Position numbers and translations under genes: made by a program. Shown piece after piece: positions 55,801-63,077 of a DNA stretch of 64,000 nucleotides. Below the pieces are notes generated by a model that was not told the origin of the DNA, did no database searches, and worked only from the letters and a program-made list of their open reading frames with translations. This DNA comes from Carpediemonas membranifera BICM (taxonomy: Eukaryota > Protista > Fornicata): positions 186,001 to 250,000 of the forward strand of contig JAHDYR010000016.1 in NCBI GenBank assembly GCA_019828565.1, written 5' to 3'. Every line of letters starts with the position of its first letter. The stretch's first letter is position 1.

Positions 55801-58262
55801 AGGTTAGCGGTGAGGTCCTCAACATGGGCCTTTGTCTGCACGGTCGTCCTCCGCTGGTACTCCTCCATGAGAGCCTTGGCCGCCTCCTCAGCGTCCCAGA
55901 CGTGCTTCGACATCGTCGCCTGCAGCTTGGTGGTCCTTACCAGCCGCGGCCCGTCGCCCTCTACCGCTGTACCCAGGACACCGTCGAAGTTGTCCAGAGA
56001 ATGACCGCCGAACATCTGCCGGCGGCTCAGATCATCGCCCACACGACTGAGGAAGCTGGCGTCGAAGTGGGTCAACCCTACCGAAGCCTGCGGGCCGCGT
56101 GTGGTCTTACTGGCGAGGGCGCGGTACCTCTGGGCGGGTGTCATCGTCCGCTGGTACGTCAGGGCTTTGCCCGTGATCATGGGGCCCTTGGCCTTGTCCA
56201 GGGGCACGGAGGCGTTCTTACGGATCTTGAGACGCATCAACCTGTGTCGTATGAGCTGGGAATACGATGAGTAGTTACCCAAGAACGCCTGCATCACCCT
56301 TCGCTGTCGGGCTGACTTGCGTGGTGAGGCTAGCTTCAGTATGCTCTCCCCAGTTCTTCTGGCCGTCTGGTCTGGGACAATGGCCTTTGACAGAGTTATA
56401 GGTGTCGCCAGGGCCGACTGTACCGGAGTCGTGGCGTGGTATCCGGCCCGGCCAGACGACCCCCGCGTGTCAGTGTCGATGTAGCCCGGGGGCTCTGTAG
56501 GGACGCCGGCGGGGGCTGTGTCTACCTCACTGAGGTCGAACGGGGTCGGGGCTGGCACCATGTGGACGTCCTCGTCCCATAGTTCGGCGTCCCCGGCCAT
56601 TGCCACGCTCAGTCCGGGGTGTGACCCTGGCCTGGGCGATGGCTCGGCGCTGGGGGCCAGCTCCTCGTCAGAAACAGCTTCTGCAGTCTCCGTGCCTTGG
56701 ATCGAGTCACCCAGATCCATGTCGTCCAGGGCCGGGGCGAGAGGTATATCGCGTGTCCAACTGTCCTCGGCCGCACGGTCGAGCACATCAGTTGATGGAA
56801 TCCTATCGACGCTGCTCCAGGGCCCATGACCGGTCTGTGACTCCGACCTCGTGCGGTGCTCGGACCCGGCCAGACTTGCGGCCGAAGGAATGGAGGGCAT
56901 CGGCGGCAGGGGGTCCCTCTGCCCCTGGCCGCCCTTGAGTCGGACGGTGAGGATGTCCGCATGGTCGATTGCTAGCACCGCGTCCCGCTGCTTGCAGTAG
57001 TGGTGGACGAAAGCTCCGGCGGGGGACTGAGGGCGGTGGAGCGGGAGGGCGTCTGTGAGCTCTCGCTGGATGATTAGCTCGAGAGGGAGTTGCTTGATTT
57101 CAATAGTTCCTGACCCGACCGCTCCAGACGACTTTCGCCTGACACGTGACACAGGAACTTCTGGAACATGCTTGAAAAGAGTGGTCGACTCTACCGGCAC
57201 CTCTTCCTGTTGCTGAAGCAGGAAATCTGGCACAATAAGCGATGCGATAAAGAAGTTACCACTGTCTACACCACCAAACAAAATGGCAGTCCCCAGGTGA
57301 AGTATCTGTGTAGCAAACTCATTCAGACTCATCGACGGCACCAGGGCATCGGTCACCCCTGGTTCAAGCAAGAACACAGCCATCGAGCCCACTGCGACCA
57401 TAACCCTGAATGGCTGGGCCTGAATGGCTGGGCAGAGGGTCAACCCGAGCACTCGGCTGCGGGATACACGGCAGCAGAAAATGGGCCGGGCCACGGGAGG
57501 GGGATTCCTGTCATGGTCGGCCGCGAAAGCCCAGACCTCGACGTGACCGGTTCCGTATCCGACCACGACGAGAGGATCTGTCGCTGGATCGGGGGCCAAG
57601 TGCTGGGTGACCGCCGTGTGGACGATACTGGGGGTCCCGATCAGTGTGAATGCTGTGATGACACGCCACGAGATTAAGGAAAGGACTGTTGCGGTCGAAC
57701 CGCTAACAGCAAATATTCGGTCACGGTGGGCGCCGAATAGTGCCAAATGGGCCACAGGCTGAGTTCCTACGCGTGCTAGGCCGATGGGCTCGAGCGAGTT
57801 CATGTCCCACATTCGAACGACGCCGTCAGAGCAACCGGCGATGATGACCGTGAGGGGGTATGTTGATGGGATCCGGCGCTGGGCATCCCTGGTCATGAGC
57901 TGGCCGCTCATGGCGTACTGTGTGTGCATATCTATGGTTAAGTCTGTTACTGCGAGGGATAGACACGCATAGGCGCCTGAAAGTGGCATTTGGTTTTGAA
58001 TGATGCCTGAGAAGACATCACGGAAGACTATTTCGTTCTGTAGCGCGGAGATCAGTAGTGATTTCTCTATATATACCGCTATGTTCGATCTTGATGCCCC
58101 ATTGCTGCTGTATGACTTAGATTTGACGCAAGAGACGATGTCCACGACCTCGAAGGTGTTTCGAGTCTGAACGAGAATATAGCCCGCCGTCATATCGATA
58201 ATATTGACTACTTGGCTGTCGAAAGACTGCTTGACGAAGGCGTTGGGCGGTAGTGAGGGCAT
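52842..58262 (-). CDS. Large protein with N-terminal WD40 propeller and long disordered regions
   Basis: 1806-aa ORF; IIAGCSDGVVRMWD, VGYGTGHVEVW. Confidence 0.7.
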   Translation of the reverse strand: MPSLPPNAFVKQSFDSQVVNIIDMTAGYILVQTRNTFEVVDIVSCVKSKSYSSNGASRSNIAVYIEKSLLISALQNEIVFRDVFSGIIQNQMPLSGAYACLSLAVTDLTIDMHTQYAMSGQLMTRDAQRRIPSTYPLTVIIAGCSDGVVRMWDMNSLEPIGLARVGTQPVAHLALFGAHRDRIFAVSGSTATVLSLISWRVITAFTLIGTPSIVHTAVTQHLAPDPATDPLVVVGYGTGHVEVWAFAADHDRNPPPVARPIFCCRVSRSRVLGLTLCPAIQAQPFRVMVAVGSMAVFLLEPGVTDALVPSMSLNEFATQILHLGTAILFGGVDSGNFFIASLIVPDFLLQQQEEVPVESTTLFKHVPEVPVSRVRRKSSGAVGSGTIEIKQLPLELIIQRELTDALPLHRPQSPAGAFVHHYCKQRDAVLAIDHADILTVRLKGGQGQRDPLPPMPSIPSAASLAGSEHRTRSESQTGHGPWSSVDRIPSTDVLDRAAEDSWTRDIPLAPALDDMDLGDSIQGTETAEAVSDEELAPSAEPSPRPGSHPGLSVAMAGDAELWDEDVHMVPAPTPFDLSEVDTAPAGVPTEPPGYIDTDTRGSSGRAGYHATTPVQSALATPITLSKAIVPDQTARRTGESILKLASPRKSARQRRVMQAFLGNYSSYSQLIRHRLMRLKIRKNASVPLDKAKGPMITGKALTYQRTMTPAQRYRALASKTTRGPQASVGLTHFDASFLSRVGDDLSRRQMFGGHSLDNFDGVLGTAVEGDGPRLVRTTKLQATMSKHVWDAEEAAKALMEEYQRRTTVQTKAHVEDLTANLKKLPLGSRRESLTSGATSPLGTARFGQIPTTARSERSGFVGMPSTVMKRRFSGSSQGRRRSIDHSVAHKAAHGATLSLGDDFKDADQDGRKGFSGFRTMNLMGKLNGLVATAQEQTGTAFPWLPSLPEEPAKARSARPPPTQRKSPTKPTSALAAKKAHQRQMSTGSASFSFDLPDLPSPATPTLTRAPSKPHLRQLHRSESRESAGNRPTTRSPRSGNGLMISTTMNVESEASETEQSPSVASEETETESYSSYTSDYSVSNEMSQMVLSVRDLTEAEQSRIWSAQDAIKSIHDLTGFVSESSDHDTETVGPEECGLSTDYDDPTLVSEHTRRSRSHTASAMTIPRQASAFDLTDGKTELSEMPESFHDLPVDLPPPPDEAISEVEAAILRDEFWRERYDNVALWISTVFGRYATYKCCDIDMLAVRGLAKEWHGASTAEPEFETSADVIDMFSVKPREVRRASMPDIRRTGKLTPEATPEYRKRWLAISGIIDDAEIQADPDAGFDPSAFTQYGMAEEEVEAVFTEARTDQLIAYFLHINAFKAHLGEEVTQDWMDLVEQMLAPAAEDTPPTLPKLSVDVRQMTPDQLLGSMLSLTSCSVGGAEDLEREWALTLRDTALSLVEDAAMGPSINVFGPAVALEDELRAVAASLDAYVDARDAALHARAAQLLYATLQAERERRLAEGQWPDETEPDTDPTNVAEALWAMPDDELEACIDALHRLSRTMTESAAMRLHDADAGPPRDIVSSWKPPRPPTPPPMPKPDPHMLYAAVLEELEPVMRRRRYAEEAIARANLAKRLQAAQETLPGMLSTVFGAGRGRLRHQINDAIGALTMGNFGQAVARLVGYDLGEIPDVPEPEPAQPEAQVRPASAVLATPGPESGAVEIDPDTVAVDYAASARYMRDAQVDPFKSHGVAPVEKISPRKRHVITEFGVFESQPLNVFRTPLGSGQTKLRDPVGLGSTLLDDDPIDEEYERKLRELLA

Positions 58263-58268
58263 CGATAA

Positions 58269-58370
58269 TGTGCAGGTTTAGGCACACGCTACTGTGCTAT
58301 TGAAGCAGCACAGTACAGTGTGCTTTTGAAGGGTCAAACAATGTGTTTATTATTATTATACTGCGCAACA
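58269..58370 (+). ncRNA. Hairpin module A upstream of Fanzor copy 1 (candidate omegaRNA scaffold or element end)
   Basis: Shares TGTGCAG..TTT.GGCAC and AACAATGTGTTTAT/ACTGCGCAACA with 60437-60516; internal perfect stem TACTGTGCT/AGCACAGTA. Confidence 0.45.
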
Positions 58371-58409
58371 CTGCCCTGTCTCCCTTCTACTCACGTCTTA
58401 AGTCGGTAG

Positions 58410-60436
58410 GGAGATCGTCTTCTCCAGGGCTTCCACAAAGCGTCTTCTTCGTGGACGTCAGCACAGCTGCAAACATCACAATCTCAAGCTCACACGTCGT
58501 CTCATTGTCTTCTATTCCACATTAAATTCACTTCTACACTTGTATATGCTGGTAATGGTGTTCATCGTCGGCTCTTATATGTCATCGGCAACAGGAGAGT
58601 GGGGGATTATGCCGCAGCAAAATATCTCTACTCATGCCTGCTGGCCCGGCTCGCGGTTGAATGCTATGCGCAGCGCCGGCAACTCCCCCTACATGACGCC
58701 GACTTCCACAAAGGACTGCTCACTCATCTACGCGGCGGTCATCCGGGTCAGGCCTACGCGGCCATCGTGCAGTCGCTCGACACTCTGCCGATGTGGCGGG
58801 AGACTACCACGCGGGATCTGGTCGCGCAGCTCGAAGGTCGTGCGGAGTCGCATGGAGTGAGTCCCAGTCTCCGGAAGTGGTTCATCCGATACGCCAACTC
58901 TGTGAAGCTGTGGCTCGCTCGCACGGTGACGACGTACCGTGACAGGCTGCAGGGCACCCTCGCCCGACTCGAAGAAGCTCTCGCAGGTGTTGGCTCTCCG
59001 GCCTTCTTCCAGCAGGAGTTGGCCGGCGTTCACGCCATCCCCGACATGGTCAACCCTGAGATCCTCGCGTGTCTCCCCTCGCTGTTCTGGGCGACTCACA
59101 TGGGTGAGAACGACGGACTCCCAGTCTCCCAGGCTGCCCCACACATTCTCTCTTGCGTCTGGGCAATTGCTGACGGAGTGTAGACGTTGAGTGGCCTCAT
59201 CAGCCACTTTAACGGGGAGTACTCGATGTCGCTCCGCCAGCCTCGCCTCGTTCCGATCATGCCCATGGCCCCCGTCCGACCGGGCTTCATGGCCTACGGT
59301 GACACGATGGGCCTACTGAATGATAATTTCTGTCATCGTGTGGGAATTAATCACGCACACCCACACGCCACCCACCCCGTTGACAGAAGAGCAGGAGGAA
59401 CCATACCAGAACAACCCCAGGTCAATGGGCCGTCTGCTCAGCCTGAGCACCGATGGGGTCTGTGTGGCGGTGACTATTAAGAGAGGCTTCGGCCACTATC
59501 GGCCACAACATGATGCGAGCATGCCTGTTCGAAAGCGAGCGAAAGGGCGGGAGAAAGAGCGCCCCCGACTCGGGACCAATAATGCCGAGGCTCCGCCCGC
59601 GCCGGATCCTGATGCCCACCTCATGGGGTTCGACCCGGGCGCGAGGTCCATCGGAGGGTATTACATCAGGCACCCCGATGGCACCACCAGCTCCGGCGTC
59701 CTCCCAAAGTGCGGATACACTAAGACGCCAAGTTTCGGCTTTGATATGACGGCCGCGTCGTTCAAGAGCACAAGACTAGTGAGTTTCAACAACTCTATTT
59801 GGTTTGTGCTGGACAACGCGAACGACATTTTCGAGGCTGGAATGCGTAAGTCTTTCCGCCGAGTGCGCTTTGCGAACCACATCCTTCGCCAGAAGCACTT
59901 CGCCCGCTGCGGCCAACAGTTGGCTCGGGAGTTGCGGTCGCCACCATCCCATCGCCACCCCCATTCGCCTGAAAGCCTTCAACGGGAGCTCGGGATTCAC
60001 CACGCCTGCTGGTATGTTCATTCCTTGCGCGCCATATCGAAAGTTCGCGAGAGAGATAGTTCCCCTTCTCAAGAGGTATAACATTGTCGTCGATCTTAAC
60101 ATGGTTAACGAGGATCGCACCACCGTCGTCTGCCCTCACTGCCACGCCCCCTACAAGCGAGTTCGTCCGCGTGATGACCAGCACGTTCACCCACATCGTG
60201 TGATGCTCTGCGAAAATCCACAGTGCCGTGGTGCTCAGTGGCGCGCAACAGTTCCTGATGCTCTGAATGTTGATCATCGGGACAAGAGTGCTGCAGAGAA
60301 CATCCTGTGGCGTTCTCTTGCCACGGAAGATGAGCTCAGTGGCTCTCCGTTCAGTCGCACCTCGATCTCACGTCTTCAAACATCATTCCAGTATCATCAA
60401 TTGGCTAACCGCCAACATTCGTCTACGGACGGATGA
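58410..60436 (+). pseudogene. Fanzor (Fanzor1-like, TnpB-derived RuvC nuclease) copy 1, disrupted
   Basis: STDGVCVAV, GFDPG, SFKST, VNEDRTTVVCPHC, C..PQC, HRDKSAAENIL. In-frame TAG at 59181-59183; frame changes near 59340-59390 and at 59935. The 5' limit is approximate (frame open from 58410). Confidence 0.85.
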
Positions 60437-60516
60437 TGTTGTGCAGTTTGGCACTTTGATCGTTCCTTCCAGGCCCTGTCTGGGACTTTCGAACAATGTG
60501 TTTATACTGCGCAACA
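60437..60516 (+). ncRNA. Hairpin module B immediately after the Fanzor stop (candidate omegaRNA scaffold)
   Basis: TGTTGTGCAGT/ACTGCGCAACA 11-bp stem plus nested GGCAC/GTGTT, GTTC/GAAC and TCCAGGC/GTCTGGG. G-U pairs favour the + strand. Confidence 0.55.
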
Positions 60517-60842
60517 GCTACTCGCTGCTCCGCTCCTGGGCCTCTATGCCGATGCCAACGGCATCCCCTCTAATCCTGCTTGCAGGTAAAACCAATGGGG
60601 GGTAGAACATTTACTGGTCGTTTGAGGCTCAAACTGATCGAATGTTCGCCCGGTTCGGGTTCGGACCGGGCCATGCTGGTACGCACGAAGTAAACTCGTG
60701 TTTTCGAGCTTCTGTTCTCGTTCTCTATGCCGGCTGAACACTCAGGTAGACCTGTAGTGGTGCGACCGGAGCATAACCTGGTGTGCCAGGCCTTCAGGTC
60801 AGACGACTGCCACGTTACTCTCAGCCACTGCAGCTACGGTAT

Positions 60843-61433
60843 TTACAGGAAGGGGTTGACGATCCGCTCGACCCCGTCCTCCCGGACAACCTTGATGACG
60901 AACTTGTCGAGGGGCTGGTTGATGATGTACCGCTCGGGGATCTCCTTCATGCAACCCTTGAGCACCTCGATCGCCTCTTCCTCGCCCATGTCAGCCTTCC
61001 AGTGCCTGTCGAAGTATGCCAGCGCGTAGTGGCCGAAGTAGCCATGGGCAGCAAAGTTCAGCTTGGACAGGGAGCCGAGGTAGTCCATCCAGTACAGTTG
61101 GGCCCCGGTCCCGTCCACACCGCCGAATAGTATGTTCACGTTGTACGGGTGCTTGCGGAGAGCCGTCGCCAGCTCGGAGCGGATGAAGTTGACGCTTGCA
61201 TTAACTGAAAGCGGGCTCTCGTAGCTGATGTCGTACAAATTGAGGTTCTTTTGGATGTAAGAACCGAAGTGGTCTGTGTCTCCGGCCTCCCCTGTTATCG
61301 CCATGGCTCTGTTCTTGCCGAGGGGCATGATCTTATCACTATCGCTCTTAAGCATCGTGATGGAGTGAATAGACGACGCATCAGCCGCCAATACTACAAA
61401 TCCATTTCCAGTAAGCCCTAGCAGAGAGTCCAT
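60843..61433 (-). CDS. PSMB2: 20S proteasome beta-4 subunit
   Basis: MDSLLGL.G..FV.LAAD, GEAGDT, PYNVNILFGG, LYWMDYLG, AHGY. Confidence 0.93.
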   Translation of the reverse strand: MDSLLGLTGNGFVVLAADASSIHSITMLKSDSDKIMPLGKNRAMAITGEAGDTDHFGSYIQKNLNLYDISYESPLSVNASVNFIRSELATALRKHPYNVNILFGGVDGTGAQLYWMDYLGSLSKLNFAAHGYFGHYALAYFDRHWKADMGEEEAIEVLKGCMKEIPERYIINQPLDKFVIKVVREDGVERIVNPFL

Positions 61434-61524
61434 AAGCGCTTATTTGTCGAGTTCTGCCACGGTTGTCAAATTGATGATGACCTTAAACTGCGACAACCGA
61501 CCACCGCTGTTCTTGAGGTTGCAT

Positions 61525-62493
61525 TTACTCCGTCTGGGGTCCACCCCCGGCGGCCTGCGCGTCCATGCGCTCCTTGAGTGTCCGGCACAGCTTCTCCAGC
61601 GTCTCGTTCTTCTTCAGCAGCGCCTGCACCCCGCCCTCAACTTCCCGCTTCTCTTTGAGGATCTGGATAAGCTTCTCGCTCACCTCAATGTACTGCTTCT
61701 TGGCGTCAGTAAGCTCTGCGTTCAGCTTCGCGTTCGTTGAGTCAGCTCTCGACAGCCGTTGCCTCATCTTATCGATGCCCTCATGCGACTCTCGCACCGC
61801 GTCTTTCACCCCCTCGAACTCCTTAACGTACTGCATCAGCTGGGCACGAGCCTCTTCCTCGCCCTTCACAGCGTCTGCTGCACGCTGGGCGTGTCTCTTG
61901 ATCTCTGCGAACAGCTTCTCCCGGCCTGTCTCGGAGGCGTCGAGTTGCGTGGCGACGAGCTCGTGCTCTTTGTCGTATAGCTCCTTCTGCTTGGTGATCA
62001 AGCCGTCCTTCGCCTCAAGCTGCTCGAGAACCATCTTCAGGTTGGCTCTCAGCTTCTCATTCTCTTCCCGGAGTTCGGCGTCAACGGCAAACCGAGAGTC
62101 AACGTCATCCTTGAACTTGTCAAACGACTCAGTGAACTTCTGGATGGCGGCCTCTTTGGCCTTGATGATTCCATCACGCTCCTCAAGGATGGTCTTGTAT
62201 GCCTCCTCGCGGCGGGTCGTCTCTTCACGCAGTTTGTCGTATGCTTCCATCAGCTTCTTGTTAAGCTCGAACGCCTCGAGGCTCTTCTTTTTCTCCTCAA
62301 CAACAACAAGTTCGCCAATGCGCTTCTCCTCCGCCAGAGACTTCTGGGCCGCTTCCGCCTGCGCCTGATAGTGTTTGGCGTCAGCTTGCGACTTCAGGTG
62401 CTGCTTCTGCATATCTTGGTATAGCTTACGGAATTTGTCAGATGTAGCTCGCGCATCGGCCAAAGAGGCCTCCAGTTCAGCCTTGCTGGGCAT
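61525..62493 (-). CDS. Taxilin-like coiled-coil protein
   Basis: LREENEKL, RAQLMQYVKEF, LEKLCRTL. Confidence 0.7.
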   Translation of the reverse strand: MPSKAELEASLADARATSDKFRKLYQDMQKQHLKSQADAKHYQAQAEAAQKSLAEEKRIGELVVVEEKKKSLEAFELNKKLMEAYDKLREETTRREEAYKTILEERDGIIKAKEAAIQKFTESFDKFKDDVDSRFAVDAELREENEKLRANLKMVLEQLEAKDGLITKQKELYDKEHELVATQLDASETGREKLFAEIKRHAQRAADAVKGEEEARAQLMQYVKEFEGVKDAVRESHEGIDKMRQRLSRADSTNAKLNAELTDAKKQYIEVSEKLIQILKEKREVEGGVQALLKKNETLEKLCRTLKERMDAQAAGGGPQTE

Positions 62494-62929
62494 CGCAAAT
62501 TTCGTTCGTGCAGTTTATGCTGAAGACAATGTGGCATTTAGAGGTTTATGTGGAGGATTCATGTAAAGGTGACTTAGGCTGTCGACCCCTTGGGATGAAC
62601 TCCAGAGGACTGAACAGGTTCAGTCTGACGGCCCACCTGTCGTACACCAGAAAGGTAGCGGACATGAGGGCGTCGGCGATGGTAAGAGCGACGGTTCTGG
62701 GCGGGATTTTTAGACTCAAGTATTCTTATCCTGCGTGGCACACTACCTCCACTCACCCACTTCAGCCCTCGTCGTACCATCGGGCTTTCGTGCTTTCAGT
62801 CGTCGGTCTGCACGAAAAGATGCGTCGTCTGTCGTCCATCGTCTGTGTCGAACGCTGCTGTCTTCTTTCGCATCTGTGCTCGTCTGTTACGCGCTCATCT
62901 GTCGTCCATTGCCGGCGTCTGAAGCTCAT

Positions 62930-62947
62930 GTCGTCGTCGTCGTCGTC
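62930..62947 (+). repeat. (GTC)6 microsatellite within a TCG/TCTG-rich low-complexity tract
   Basis: Direct reading of the sequence. Confidence 0.8.
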
Positions 62948-63077
62948 ATCTTCGTCTGTTGTGAGAGACACTAGTGGTGGAAAGCGGTTGTAGCTAGTAG
63001 TAAAGACGCTTTGTGTTGTATGCTGCTGGTTTCTTGTGTTTTGAGGGATGCTGCTAGCTGATGAACCCTGAAAAGAA

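Noticed and set aside
58269-60516. CRISPR array interpretation of the repeated module
   Set aside because: Only two copies, 2 kb apart, with no regular repeat-spacer period.
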